The notes under the pieces: generated by a model
Seen by the model: only the letters and a program-made list of their open reading frames with translations
Database searches by the model: none
Told to the model about the DNA's origin: nothing
Shown: piece by piece, positions 1-12,535 of the stretch
How the letters are laid out: every line of letters begins with the position of its first letter
Numbering within the stretch: position 1 is the stretch's first letter
Program-made: the position numbers and the translations under genes
Source of the DNA: Escherichia phage ECCR664
DNA length: 64,000 nt
Direction: 5' to 3' (one strand)
Sequence record: OL631257.1

Positions 1-455
1 TGTAGCAATTTGAATATGTAGCTTGACTGAACGTTGTTATTATAATCAAATATTTCTTGAAGCGCACTAACTTCAACTTTCTTACTGAAATAGTAGATGT
101 TACGTACGTCTTCAGCAAACGACTCTTTAGCTTGTTTGAGACGTCCAATATATTCCCTATAGAAAACTAATGCATCAGCGTCTGATATCTCACCAATCCA
201 TGCGTCTTGGTTAGCAACTAAGTTGCTTATGAATATCAAGGTGAGTTCCTTCAATTTATATTTCTCTGATAGTTTTTCAAAGAAATATTTATCTCGGCGT
301 TTTTGATACGCATTATCTGAAACACGCATGCACCAGTTATATTTGATTACGTCATACCGACCACCAAAGTGGTTTTTGCACATCAAGTATAGTTTATATA
401 CTGATTTACCGTTAATATAACGTTCTCCATCAGGAGGCATACGTATTTTAATCAT
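1..455 (-). CDS. 59: gp59 helicase-loading protein (N-terminal ~151 aa; C-terminus beyond window start)
   Basis: Reverse translation from ATG at 453-455 gives MIKIRMPPDGERYINGKSVYKLYLMCKNHFGG..., T4 gp59-like; start overlaps gene 33 stop (ATGA); synteny 59-33-dsbA-rnh. Confidence 0.8.
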   Translation of the reverse strand, partial: MIKIRMPPDGERYINGKSVYKLYLMCKNHFGGRYDVIKYNWCMRVSDNAYQKRRDKYFFEKLSEKYKLKELTLIFISNLVANQDAWIGEISDADALVFYREYIGRLKQAKESFAEDVRNIYYFSKKVEVSALQEIFDYNNNVQSSYIFKLL

Positions 456-790
456 AATAAGAAATCTAATGTATTAGTTTTTTCACCACGAGCAACTGAT
501 GGGCGAAGCATGTTTTCGTCAATTGCTTCGCTTGTAATTTTTTCAACAATTCCTGTAGGAATAAATTTAGCAAATTGTGTTTCTGGAATAGAATTTTCTT
601 CCAAGAAAGCAGTTGTTGCTTCTAAATAAGACATACCAAATTGTTCAACCATAGATTCGATAATGAATCCGTTTTCTTGACGGTCAAGCAATTTAGCGAT
701 ATCATCTTTATCATGTTTTACTGCTAATTCTTGTTCAGATAAACCGGCCTCATCAACCGGTTTAATATCACTTAGTGAAAACTGTGTCAT
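452..790 (-). CDS. 33: gp33 late transcription accessory protein
   Basis: 112-aa ORF, same length as T4 gp33, acidic C-terminal region; position between 59 and dsbA. Confidence 0.8.
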   Translation of the reverse strand: MTQFSLSDIKPVDEAGLSEQELAVKHDKDDIAKLLDRQENGFIIESMVEQFGMSYLEATTAFLEENSIPETQFAKFIPTGIVEKITSEAIDENMLRPSVARGEKTNTLDFLL

Positions 791-1037
791 AAAGCTCGAC
801 TACCTCTTCGTTTTCAGCTTCAAATTGGTCACGAGCGTCTTTATGATAAAGAGCCAACAAACGATTAAACATTTTTCCATCGACGCCAAGCTCTTCTTTA
901 GCACGAGTACGAATGTCTTTAATCAGTTCATTATAACCAGAAATTTTAAGTTTGTTATCGGAAGCTTCCTTGACTAGTTTAGCCAGTTCTTCACCATGCA
1001 CATCTTGATTAAATTCAACTGCTTCTTTCTTAGCCAT
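768..1037 (-). CDS. dsbA: DsbA double-stranded DNA-binding protein
   Basis: ORF 768-1055; start chosen at internal Met (MAKKEAVEF...) giving 89 aa as in T4 DsbA; synteny. Confidence 0.75.
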   Translation of the reverse strand: MAKKEAVEFNQDVHGEELAKLVKEASDNKLKISGYNELIKDIRTRAKEELGVDGKMFNRLLALYHKDARDQFEAENEEVVELYDTVFTK

Positions 1038-1044
1038 GTTTACC

Positions 1045-1962
1045 TCAGAATTCATTAATTACACTTGTTAATTTAGAAAGACCAGATTTTACAAAGTATG
1101 AATAAATCTTGCCTTTAGGTTGTGGTTTATATGAATTATAATACTCTATAATGGTTGAAGCAATATTATCAGGGATATAATCAAAATCAATGAGAACCAA
1201 ATTTTCTTGGTATCGTTTATATTCTTCTGCACTTAATAGTACTTCAGCTTGAGAACGGTCATTGGCAATTGCTTCAATAATAGTTGTTTTCATGCTCGGA
1301 GTTCGTTCACCATCAACTCTGGTAAACCAGAAGTCGCCACGAACTCGAACAGATGCAACGCCATCTTTACGGTCGCCTTTAAGAATTTTAGTCATGCAAT
1401 CAATTTCAGCAGAACCGTTCTTAATTTTAACCCATTTTTTCTGTGGTGGCGACCATTGTTTAACGTTAGGATATTTGTGTAATTGTGTAAAGTCACCATC
1501 TGATGCAACAATACATACCTTATGTCCAGCTAATGACAAATATTTAGTTAATACACCGATATGGTCATCCGCTTCATACTTGTCAATATCCATTACAACG
1601 TATGGCATGTATTTCTTAATCTCATCAACAACTTTATGGAGTGCAGTAAAATATCCTTCCCAATCCCACTTTGAAGCTTCACGATCGGTTTTACGATTTT
1701 TCTTGTAATAGTAAGCAAAATCACGTCGCCAATAACCTGAAGTAGCATTATCCATACACAATACAAATTTTGTATAGCCTTGCTTACGGAACATCACTAC
1801 GTTTTTACGAATTGAATTCAAGATTACATGGCGAACCATCGGAACAGTAATTTTATCGCCGTCTTCAAAGTTGTTTAATGCGGCTGCCAACGCAATGTTA
1901 CTAAAGTCAGCAAGTGCAATACCTTCTTTGTAATCTTCATCCAACATCATTTCTAAATCCAT
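1045..1962 (-). CDS. rnh: RNase H (5'-3' exonuclease, FEN-1 family)
   Basis: Intact 305-aa ORF, same length and recognisable sequence as T4 RNase H; located immediately upstream of gene 34 as in T4. Confidence 0.9.
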   Translation of the reverse strand: MDLEMMLDEDYKEGIALADFSNIALAAALNNFEDGDKITVPMVRHVILNSIRKNVVMFRKQGYTKFVLCMDNATSGYWRRDFAYYYKKNRKTDREASKWDWEGYFTALHKVVDEIKKYMPYVVMDIDKYEADDHIGVLTKYLSLAGHKVCIVASDGDFTQLHKYPNVKQWSPPQKKWVKIKNGSAEIDCMTKILKGDRKDGVASVRVRGDFWFTRVDGERTPSMKTTIIEAIANDRSQAEVLLSAEEYKRYQENLVLIDFDYIPDNIASTIIEYYNSYKPQPKGKIYSYFVKSGLSKLTSVINEF

Positions 1963-2028
1963 ATGAACCTCTTGTTCAGTTAGTCAACTTGTCTATAGTA
2001 ACACACTCATTTGAAAGCGTAAACTGGT

Positions 2029-2036
2029 ATAAATAA
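2029..2036 (+). promoter_or_regulatory. T4-type late promoter TATAAATA upstream of gene 34
   Basis: Exact TATAAATA at 2029-2036, about 30 nt upstream of the gene 34 ATG at 2066. Confidence 0.7.
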
Positions 2037-2065
2037 GTATTATTGAAACAATAAAGGAAAAACGA

Positions 2066-5000
2066 ATGGCCGACATCAAACGTAAGTTCAGAGCCGAAGA
2101 CGGTCTGGACGCCGGTGGCGACAAGATTGTTAACGTAGCATTAGCCGACCGTACAGTAGGTACTGATGGCGTAAACGTTGACTTCCTGGTACAAGAAAAC
2201 ACCGTTCAAGTATATGATTCTACGCGTGGATATAACAAAGGATTTGTTGTTCTTTATGACAACCGTTTATATCAAGCAATAAATGATATCGTGTCTCCTT
2301 CCGGGGCATTTAACCTTTACAATGGCGTGCAGTTCGTACCGATGCACAATGGATAACTGTCGCTTCTGGGACTTATCAACTTTCTTCAGGTGAATCGATT
2401 TCGGTTAACACTGGTGCCGGCAATGATATGGTTTTCACGTTGCCAAATGCGCCGGTTGATGGTGACACTGTTGTTTTGGCTGATATTGGTGGAAGAACCG
2501 GGGCAGTTAAAGTACAGATTAACGCGTCTGTGCAGAGTATTTTAAACTTTAGAGGCGAACAAGTTCGTACAGTTTTAATGACGCGTCCGCGTTCACAACT
2601 AGTGTTTGTGTTTAGTAATCGTTTGTGGCAGATGTATATCATTGATTACGGTAAAGAATCAATCACTGTTACACCTGCTACACCATATCAAGCGCAAGCA
2701 AACGATTTTATTGTTCTTCGTTTTACTAGTGCAGCACCAATCAACATTACACTTCCACGTAATGCTAACAATGGTGATATAATCAGCCTAGTTGATTTAG
2801 ATAAATTAAACCCACTGTATCATACGATTATTAAAACATTTGATGATACAACGTCTATTGGCGAAGTCGGGACTCATATCGTCGAAGGCAGAACTTCTTC
2901 TGACGCGTTTTTGTTTTGATGCTGCAAATAATTTATGGCGTATATGGGAAGGCGACCAGAAATCACGTCTTCGTATTATCCGTACAGATTCAAATATTCG
3001 CCCAAATGAAGAAGTTCTTATTTTTGGTACAAATAACGCTACAGCAGAAACTATTAACCTTACGCTTCCTACAGGAATTTTGACCGGTGACACTGTTAAA
3101 ATTTCAATGAACTACATGCGTAAAGGCCAAACAGTAAAAATTAAAGCTGCCGAAGGTGATACAATTGCTTCTTCTGTCGCATTACTTCAGTTCCCTAAAC
3201 GTTCTGAATATCCACCTGATGCTCAATGGGTCTCTGTTACTGAACTAGAATTCAATGGCACTACTTCATATGTTCCTGTATTAGAATTAGCGTATATCGA
3301 AGACACCGATTCTGACACTCATTATTGGGTTGTGCAACAGAATGTCCCTACGGTAGAACGTGTTGATGCTGGAACTGATGCTACACGAGCTCGTTTAGGT
3401 GTTATTGCTCTTGCTACTCAAGCGCAAGCAAATGTTGATTTAGAGAATACTCCAGCTAAAGAAGTGGCTATTACTCCTGAAACGTTGGCAAATCGTACAG
3501 CAACTGAAGCTCGACGTGGTATCGCTAAAATTGCTACAACAGCACAAGTTAACCAGAATTCCACAGCAGCATTTGTGGACGATACTATTGTTACGCCTAA
3601 AAATTAAATGAGCGTACAGCAACTGAAACTCGTCGTGGTCTTGCTGAAATTGCTACTCAGGTTGAAACCGATGCTGGTCTTGATGACACAACGATTATTA
3701 CACCTAAGAAATTACAGGCACGTCAGGGTTCTGAAACACTGTCTGGTATAGTTAAATATGTATCAACTACTTCTGCTACTCCTGCTGAAACTCGTGGGGC
3801 TGCAGGCACTAACGTTTATAATAAAACCGTAAATAATTTAACTATTTCTCCTAAAGCCCTTGACCAATATAAAGCAACTTATGCTCAACAAGGTGCAGTA
3901 ATTTTAGCTGTTGATAGTGAAGTAATTGCTGGTCAATCACAAGCAGGTTATTCTCACGCTGTAGTAACTCCTGAAACACTACATAAGAAAACTTCTACTG
4001 ATGGACGTATTGGTTTAATTGAAATTGCTACGCAAGCAGAAACTAATGCTGGGACTGATTATACACGTGCAGTAACGCCTAAGACGTTAAATGATAGGAA
4101 AGCTACGGAAGGATTATCCGGCATAGCCGAACTTGCTACGCAAGTTGAATTTGATACTGGAACTGATGATACTCGTATCTCGACTCCACTGAAAATTAAA
4201 ACTCATTTTGATTCTTCTGACCGTACCAGTGTTAATTCTGATTCCGGACTTATTGAAGAAGGAACCTTGTGGAACCATTATACTCTTGATATTTCTAAAG
4301 CAAATGAAACACAACGTGGTACACTTCGCGTAGCGACTCAGGCAGAATCTAATGCAGGAACTTTAGATGATGTTCTTATTACTCCTAAAAGCTTTTAGGG
4401 ACTAAGTCCACTGAAACGTCTGAAGGTGTAATTAAGGTTGCTACTCGGGCTGAAACTGTAACAGGAACTTCTGCTAATACTGCTGTATCGCCTAAGAATT
4501 TAAAATGGATTGTCCAGAATGAACCAACATGGGCTGCTACTACGGCAATTCGTGGATTCGTTAAAACTTCATCCGGTTCTATTACATTCGTTGGTAATGA
4601 TACAGTTGGTTCAACACAGAACTTAGAGCTATACGAGAAAAATAGCTATGCAGTATCACCGTATGAATTAAACCGTGTATTAACAAATTACTTGCCATTA
4701 AAAGCAAAAGCTGCTGACTCAAATTTATTAGATGGCCTAGATTCATCCCAGTTCATTCGTAGGGACATTGCACAGACGGTTAATGGTTCACTAACCTTAA
4801 CCCAACAAACGAATCTGAGTGCCCCTCTTGTATCATCTAGTACTGCTACGTTTGGTGGGTCAGTTTCGGCAAATAGTACATTAACTATTTCTAATACTGG
4901 AACGGCAACTCGTCTGATTTTTGAGAAAGGACCTCAAACTGGAACTAATCCAGTGCAGACGATGACTATCAGAGTTTGGGGAAATCAGTTTGGTGGCGGA

Positions 5001-5935
5001 TCAGATACAACACGTTCTACTGTATTTGAAGTTGGTGATGAAACGTCTAATCATTTTTATTCTCAACGTAATAAAGATGGGAATATAGCGTTTAGCATTA
5101 ATGGTACTGTGATGCCAATAAATGTTAACGCTTCGGGTTCATTGAATGCGAATGGCGTAGCAACATTTGGTAGTTCAGTTACTGCTAATGGCGAATTCAT
5201 CAGCAAGTCTGCAAATGCTTTCAGAGCAATAAACGGTGATTACGGATTCTTTATTCGTAATGATGCTGCTAATACCTATTTTATGCTCACTGCATCCGGT
5301 GATCAGACTGGCGGATTTAATGGATTACGTCCTTTGGCTATTAATAATGCATCTGGTCAAGTAACGATTGGTGAAAGCTTAATCATTGCCAAAGGTGCTA
5401 CTATAAATTCAGGTGGTTTAACTGTTAACTCGAGAATTCGTTCTCAGGGTTCTAAAACTGCTGATTTATACACTCGTGCTCCTACTGCTGATACAGTCGG
5501 GTTCTGGTCAGTTGACATTAACGATTCAGCCACTTATAACCAATTCCCGGGTTATTTTAAAATGGTTGAAAAAACTAATGAAGTGTCTGGACTTCCGTAC
5601 TTAGAACGTGGTGAAGAAGTTAAATCCCTGGTACTTTGACTCAGTTTGGTAATACGCTTGATTCTCTTTACCAAGATTGGATTACTTATCCAACGACACC
5701 GGAAGCGCGTACCACTCGCTGGACTCGCACATGGCAGAAAACTAAAAATTCTTGGTCAAGTTTTGTTCAGGTATTTGATGGTGGAAACCCTCCCCAACCT
5801 TCTGATATTGGTGCTTTACCTTCTGATAATGCAACAATTGGAAACTTGACGATAAGGGATTTCTTAAGGATTGGTAACGTCCGCATTATTCCAGACCCTG
5901 TGAATAAATCTGTTAAATTCGAGTGGATTGAATAA
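2066..5935 (+). CDS. 34: gp34 long tail fibre proximal subunit (interrupted by several frameshifts/stops)
   Basis: ORF fragments 2066-2356, 2428-2919, 2840-3607, 4692-5639, 5636-5935 all translate to gp34-like sequence; total span 3870 nt = 1289 codons as in T4; repeated motif TPKKL..RTATE..RRG..IAT visible after frame repair. Confidence 0.85.
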
Positions 5936-5943
5936 GAGGTATT

Positions 5944-7069
5944 ATGGAAAAATTTATGGCTAAGTTTGGACAAGGATACGTCCAAACGCCGTTTTTATCG
6001 GAAAGCAATTCAGTACGATTTAAATTAAGCATAGCGGGCTCTTGCCCGCTATCAACATCTCCTGCTTATATTAAGTTCCAGGATAATCCACTTGGGTCTC
6101 AGGTTTTTCCGTTGGATTAAACGTTCGTGTAATAAACCCTACAACAGGTACAGTAGTTGAATCTAAGACATATAATTTCTCTACTGAAAACGACACCACG
6201 TCAAGTGCATTTGTTACTTTCATGGACACATATGCTTCAAATTTTATATTTGCTCTTGTTACTAACGCTAAAACAAACTTTCCACCTGAAGTTCTTGCAT
6301 GGTTTAATAAAGCCGGAAGTTCTGTTATTCCATTAGCTCAACAAGTTTTAAATATAGTGGACATTTCTTATTCGGCATTTTATATTTCTGGTAAGAATGC
6401 TATAGCACTAGAACATATTAAGTATAGTAATAAGAAGACTTCAACCGACTATAGTACACCACTTGATGTTGTGTATGACACGATAGATGATATCGGTGCT
6501 ACGGGCTTCCCTAGTCGTACGTATGAATCGTCAGACACATTTTTATCTGCCGTTGGAGGTACTAATAATGAAATTAAAGGATGCCTACAACATCTCTTAT
6601 TACACCTCTCGCCGGGTATAAATTGAAGCCTGGAGATTTCCTTTATATGAAATTCCAACTAATGGCCGATGTCGATTTGTTAGCACAAGGGACGACACGA
6701 CTTTCTATTCGTTTCTTTAAATCTCCTTCTACTTCACCTATTTCATTTAAGGATACAAACTTTGATGGGGCTGCAGGTGAATGGAAGATATATGAAGACT
6801 ATATAGAAATTCCTGCTGGTGCTGACGGGTTCACGATTTATTGTTATCGTACAGCTCCAGTCGGGCAAGGTGGATTAAGAAACGTTATATTCACTGAAGT
6901 ATCATGTAATGGAAGCGTTTCAAAACCTGCCGAGTTTGGTGTAAATGGTATTCGTGTAAATTATGTTTCAGAATCTTTAAGTGCCCCAGACATAATGACA
7001 TTACCTACTCAATCTTCAACTGATACTGGTAAGGTGTTTGGGCAAGAATTTAAAGAAGCATCAGAATAA
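5944..7069 (+). CDS. 35: gp35 long tail fibre hinge protein (frameshifted)
   Basis: Starts MEKFMAKFGQGYVQTPFLSESNSVRFKLSIAGSCPLS; fragments 6222-6626 and 6581-7069 continue gp35-like sequence; ~374 codons. Confidence 0.8.
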
Positions 7070-7074
7070 ATTTA

Positions 7075-7098
7075 GGGAGACTTCGGTCTCCCATTTTT
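7075..7098 (+). terminator. Intrinsic terminator hairpin with UUCG tetraloop after gene 35
   Basis: gggagac-ttcg-gtctccc perfect 7-bp GC-rich stem followed by atttttg. Confidence 0.7.
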
Positions 7099-7099
7099 G

Positions 7100-7107
7100 T
7101 ATAAATA
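7100..7107 (+). promoter_or_regulatory. T4-type late promoter TATAAATA upstream of gene 36
   Basis: Exact TATAAATA at 7100-7107, followed by RBS aaggag and ATG at 7132. Confidence 0.7.
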
Positions 7108-7131
7108 TGGTATACATATAAGGAGACAACT

Positions 7132-7796
7132 ATGGCCGATTTAAAAGCTGGTAGTACAACTGGCGGTGCTGTCATATGGCATCAAGGTAATTTCCCTTTA
7201 ATGCCAGCAGGTGATGACGTCCTGTATAAAACGTTTAAACTCTATTCAGAATATAATAAGCCACAAGCTGCTGATAACGATTTCGTTTCTAAAGCTAATG
7301 GTGGTACGTATGCCGCTCGAGTAACATTTAATAATGGTGTGCAAGTACCTTATGCTATAAACAATACAAACCCATGTGGTGTTTATCCAGGTAACGGTGA
7401 TAATGCTACTTTTGCTGTAGCAAATATTGACATCGTTTCGTGGAATGGTATTGGTTTTAAATCATCGCAAGGTTCAGCAGGCCGAACTGTTGTAATTAAT
7501 GCACGTAATGGTGATATTAGCACAAAGGCGTTGTATCTGCTTCAGGACAAGTAAGAAGCGATATGACTGCTCCGGTTGCAGCAAATGATCTCACAAGAAA
7601 AGATTATGTTGATGGACGAATAAATATTGTTACGGATAACGCAAATTCCCGTGTATTGCGTAAAGGCGATACCATGACTGGTACTTTAACAGCACCAAAC
7701 TTTTTCTCACAGAATCCGGCGTCTGAGGCTAATCATGTTCCTCGTTTCGACCAGATTGTAATTAAAGATTCTGTTCAAGATTTCGGCTATTATTAA
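7132..7796 (+). CDS. 36: gp36 long tail fibre distal connector (one frameshift near 7550)
   Basis: [23 protein letters not shown]... and C-terminal ...[19 protein letters not shown]4 gp36-like; ~221 codons. Confidence 0.8.
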
Positions 7797-7804
7797 GAGG
7801 ACTT

Positions 7805-10800
7805 ATGGCTACATTAAAACAGATACAATTTAAAAGAAGCAAAGTAGCAGGAGTTAATCCTACTGCAGCACAATTAGCCGAAGGCGAATTAGCGATAAAC
7901 TTAAAAGATCGAACTCTTTTACTAAAGACGACCTCGGTAATATTATTAGCCTAGGCTTTGCTAAGGGCGGGGATATTAACGGTAATGTAACTCAAAATGG
8001 AGATTATTTACAGAACGGTACATATAATCTCAATGGAAATCAGTTTGTTTATGCAGGAAAATATATTGAATTTTTACCTAAAACTGCAGGCAATGGTGCT
8101 TGGGCAAATCAACATCTAAATAAAGCTCCTATCTTTACAGATTTGAGTTCAACTACTTCTGTTTCAGAATATCATCCACTGATTAAACAACGCTATAAAG
8201 ATGGAACTTTTTCTGTTGGTACGTTAGTAAACGAAGGAAGTTTTAAAATTCATTTTATGAATGAATCTGGTGATTCGAAATATTGGACGTTTCGCCGTGA
8301 CGGTGGATTTACTGTTGATGGTGGAGGTTTAGCAGTATCAGGAGGTAGTATAACTACATCTGGAAATATTGCAGCTCTCGGAAATATTACTTCGCCTCAG
8401 ATTAATACTAAAAATATTATTTTAGACACAAAAGCATTTGGACAATACGATTCGCAATCATTAGTTCAATATGTTTATCCTGGAACAGGCGAAGAAAATG
8501 GTGTAAACTATCTTCGTAAAGTTCGCGCTAAATCAGGCGGAACTATTTACCATGAAATCGCTTCAGCTCAAACTGGTAAGAATGATGAAATTTCTTGGTG
8601 GACCGGAAATACACTTACTACTAAATTAATGGGTCTTCGTAATGATGGCGCAATGGTATTACGTCGTTCACTTGCTATTGGCACAATTACTGCTGACGAA
8701 AATACTAACAACTATGGCTCTCCTACTCCAATGGGAGAAAGATATATTGCTTTGGGCGATGCTGCAACTGGTTTAAAATATATTAAGCAAGGCGTTTATG
8801 ATTTAGTAGGTAATTGGAATTCTGTTGCTTCTATTACTCCTGATAGTTTCCGTAGTACTCGTAAAGCATTATTTGGACGCTCAGAAGACCAAGGCGGAAC
8901 CTGGACAATGCCTGGAACCAACGCCGCGCTTTTATCGGTTCAAACCCAGGCTGATACAAACAATGCAGGTGATGGTCAAACCCACATTGGATATAATTCT
9001 GGCGGTAAATTTTCCCATTATTTCCGTGGTACAGGTCAGATGAATATCAATACCCAACAAGGTATGGAAATTAACCCGGGTATTTTGAAATTGGTAACCG
9101 GTGCAAATAATGTGATGTTTTATGCTGATGGCGGTATTACATCCACTAAGCAGCTTTCAATATATAATGGTGTATATTTAGCAGCTAATAATTCTACTGC
9201 CGGGCTAACATTCGCTCCAACTACTACAGTTGATGGCACTAAGCAAATTTTGTGGGAAGGTGGTACTCGTGCTGGGCAGAATAAAAGCTACGTAACTGTT
9301 AAAGCATGGGGTAATTCATTTAACGCATCCGGCGATCGTACTCGTGAAACAGTTTTTGAAGTAGCTGACGGGCAGGGATATTATTTTTATTCTCAGCGCA
9401 TAGCTCCAACCGGTTCAGAAACTGTGGGACCTGTTGTAACCCAGTTCAATGGACAAGTTAATGCTAGAGGAGCATTATCACCGATGGAAGTCTTAGAGTT
9501 AATGGATTAAGTGCATTATCCGGACAAGTTACTATGGATAACGGGCTTGTTTTATCCGGTGGTGGTTCTATTACCGGTCAAGTTAAAATCGGTAATACCG
9601 CAGATGCTTTCCGTATTTACAATGCTGAATATGGAGCTATTTTCCGTCGTTCTGAAGCGTCTTTGCATATTATACCTACACTTAAAGATGCAGGTGAAAG
9701 TGGTGGTATTTCTAACCTTCGCCCATTGAGTGTTTCTCTTAACAACGGTATGGTTCAAATGCGCCATTCTGTTACGTTAGGTGATGATGGTGCTGGCGGT
9801 AATATGGTGACCGTTGATAATGATAATAAACTTGTTGTTATAACTAGTCATAGTCGCATTTCTCCTAATTACCGTATGCAATTAGGACAATCGGCATATA
9901 TCGACGCTGAATGTACTGATACTGCACGACCTGCTGGAGCCGGTTCTTTTGCTTCACAAAATAATGAAAACGTTCGTGCTCCGTTCTATATGAATATTGA
10001 TAGAACAGATACAAGCACTTATGTTCCTATTGTGAAACAAAGATACGTTCAAAATAATAGTTGCTATTCTATTGGTACTTTAATTAATGGTGGTAACTTT
10101 AGAGTTCATTATCACGAAGGTGGTGACGGCGTTTCTACTGGTGCTGTTATAAAGGATCTTGGATGGGAATTTAATAAAAACGGTGATTTTTATTCTCCTG
10201 GTAAATTAGGCGCTGGTAATGTTCGTATTGGTACTGATGGTAATATCACTGGTGGTTCTGGTAATTTTGCTAACTTGAATACCACAATAAATAACCTTAA
10301 GACGGATATTGTCTCGAGTTACCCAATTGGTGCTCCGATTCCTTGGCCTACTGATACACCTCCTGAAGGCTATGCCATAATGGAAGGTCAAACATTTGAT
10401 GCTGGCTTGTATCCTAAGTTAGCTGCAGTGTATCCTTCCGGCACTCTGCCTGATATGCGTGGTCAAACTATCAAGGGTAAACCATCTGGGCGTGCTGTAT
10501 TAAGTACAGAAGCAGACGGTGTTAAGTCACATAGCCATAGTGCAAGTGCATCAAGCACGGATTTGGGTACTAAGACCACATCAAGCTTTGACTATGGTAC
10601 TAAGACGACAAGTAGTTTCGACTATGGTACTAAGACCAGTAATAATACTGGTGCTCATACGCATAGTTTGAGCGGTTCCACAAACACCGCCGGTGCGCAC
10701 AGCCACACAAGCGCTCTTTATGCGGGAAGTAACAACGCTCCTGGTATTGGTTCTATAAGAGGATCCGCCGGTGGTGGTAATACGCTTGGAACTTCTTCTT

Positions 10801-11021
10801 CTGGGGCACATTCGCACTCTATATCTGGTACTGCTGCAAGCGCAGGCGCTCACGCACATACTGTGGGTATTGGTGCTCATACGCATACTGTGGGTATTGG
10901 TGCTCATTCTCATACTGTTGCAATTGGTTCCCATGGACATACAATAACTGTAAATGCCACAGGAAATACAGAAAACACAGTTAAAAACGTTGCTTTTAAC
11001 TATATCGTTCGTTTAGCATAA
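7805..11021 (+). CDS. 37: gp37 long tail fibre distal subunit / receptor-binding tip (frameshifted)
   Basis: Starts [42 protein letters not shown]; C-terminal His-box array ([48 protein letters not shown]) and ending [11 protein letters not shown] as in T4-type gp37. Confidence 0.85.
10566..10640 (+). repeat. About 2.5 tandem copies of a 30-bp repeat inside gene 37 (encodes [10 protein letters not shown] repeats)
   Basis: ggtactaagaccacatcaagctttgactat / ggtactaagacgacaagtagtttcgactat / ggtactaagaccagt... read directly. Confidence 0.8.
10848..10928 (+). repeat. Three tandem 27-bp repeats inside gene 37 encoding His-box units (GAHxHTVxIG)
   Basis: gctcacgcacatactgtgggtattggt / gctcatacgcatactgtgggtattggt / gctcattctcatactgttgcaattggt. 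Confidence 0.8.
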
Positions 11022-11028
11022 GGAGAAG

Positions 11029-11046
11029 GGACTTCTGTCCCTTTTA
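11029..11046 (+). terminator. Hairpin gggac-ttct-gtccc followed by TTTT after gene 37
   Basis: 5-bp GC stem with 4-nt loop plus T-run directly after gene 37 stop at 11019-11021. Confidence 0.55.
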
Positions 11047-11050
11047 TAAT

Positions 11051-11586
11051 ATGAAACTCTATCACTATTATTTTGACACTAAAGAATTTTACAAAGAAGA
11101 AAATTATAAACCATTAAAAGGCGTAGGATTTCCGGCTCATTCAACACCAAAAACCTTTAGACCCTAAAGAAGGCTATGCTGTTATATTTGACGAACGCGA
11201 GCAAGAATGGGTATATGTTGAAGATCATCGTGGAAAAACAGTATGGACTTATGATAAGCAAAAATTGTTATTGACACTCCAGGTGCTCTTCAAAATGTTA
11301 CTACAGAAGAACCTGGTGAATTTGACATTTGGACCGACGACGGGTGGAAGGAAGATGAAGCATATAAACGCGTAGTTCAACGTGATAAGAAAATTCATGA
11401 ACTCTATAAATTATTCAGTGTTTTAAGTTCTCTTATTGACGCAGAGGTTGCTAATAGAGAAGAAAAACGAAAATTTAAAGAGCTCAAAAATTCTTTGCCC
11501 TTTTAGAAAAACACGAACATCTTGGCGGTGAATTCCTAAATTCCTGACCTTGAAAACAAATCTATTGTCAAAGCGATTATAAATAT
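11051..11586 (+). CDS. 38: gp38, T4-type tail fibre assembly chaperone (multiple frameshifts; no fragment >=60 aa)
   Basis: Translation starts MKLYHYYFDTKEFYKEENYKPLKGVGFPAHST, T4 gp38-like; later fragments ...EPGEFDIWTDDGWKEDEAYKRVVQRDKKIHELYK... in shifted frames. Confidence 0.6.
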
Positions 11587-11595
11587 CTTTAAGTA

Positions 11596-12262
11596 AGGAG
11601 GTATTATGGCAACACCAAAAGTATCATTTTCGTTTAGTGATATTCTATTTGGGTTGCTAGATCGTATTTTCAAAGATAACGCTACTGGAAAGGTTTTAAT
11701 GTCCCGAGTAGCGGTAATTATTCTTTGTTCCTAATGGCACTAATATGGTACAAAGGAAGTATTTTGCTGGATTATTATGTAAGAGCTAAGTATGATACTT
11801 ATACTGAAATAATCCAAAAGAACGAGCTTTACGTTTTGAATCTGCGGCTCTAGAACAACTGCAAATAGTTCATATCTCATCTGGTGCAGATTTTAGTGCT
11901 GTGTATTCTTTCAGACCTAAAAACTTAAATTATTTCGTCGACCTTATAGCTTATGAAGGCAAACTACCTAGCACAATTTCTGAAAAGTCCCTTGGCGGAT
12001 TCCCGGTGGATAAAACGGCCAATGAATATATAATTCATTTAAGTGGCCGTCATTTCTCATCTAAATCAGAATTTGCATTTTTGCCTACAAAATCTAAGAC
12101 TGCCGAACTTTCTTATATGTATAGTTGTCCATACTTTAATTTGGATAACATCTACGCTGGAACTGTGACGATGTATTGGTATAAGGGAGTAATATACTTG
12201 AGGAAGACCGCTTAGCGGCTATATGCAACCAAGCGGTCCGAATACTAGGAAGGGCTAAATAA
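11596..12262 (+). CDS. t: Holin t (frameshifted)
   Basis: RBS aaggagg then MATPKVSFSFSDILFGLLDRIFKDNATGKVLMSRVAVIIL; ORF 11901-12215 continues ...NLNYFVDLIAYEGKLPSTISEKSLGGFPVDKT...; T4 holin-like, ~218 codons. Confidence 0.65.
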
Positions 12263-12533
12263 TTAGTTGTTAGAATACATCGCTAAATGACGATAAATAT
12301 TTTCAAAACCTTCATTGAATTCACTAATCAGTGTTTTCTTTTCTTCGGCAGTTAAATTTGTAATTAGTTTTCTGAACGAATTCTGATTTAGCTGCCGACC
12401 ATCTTTTAATTCCAATCTCATTCAAGAATCCGATGAAACTTGCTCGGTCTTCAACAATATCTTCCCTAGAGAATTTAATCAAAATAGAAGCAATAGTAAT
12501 AATTTCACGTACGATTTCAATGTCTTTATTCAT
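12263..12533 (-). CDS. asiA: AsiA anti-sigma70 factor (one frameshift)
   Basis: MNKDIEIVREIITIASILIKFSREDIVEDRASFIGFLNEIG... matches T4 AsiA N-terminus; C-terminus ...EEKKTLISEFNEGFENIYRHLAMYSNN in a shifted frame; ~90 codons. Confidence 0.7.
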
Positions 12534-12535
12534 AA

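Noticed and set aside
1249-1708. Plus-strand ORFs (77 and 148 aa) inside the rnh locus
   Set aside because: They lie antisense to an intact, well-conserved RNase H gene and have low-complexity composition; shadow ORFs
10581-10940. Minus-strand 119-aa Cys/Met/Thr-rich ORF
   Set aside because: Antisense to the His-box repeat region of gene 37; its repeats simply mirror the coding repeats
2066-11021. Tail-fibre genes 34-37 as genuine pseudogenes
   Set aside because: Total lengths match intact T4 genes and breaks are compensating single-base indels, at least some in homopolymer runs; more consistent with sequence error than gene decay
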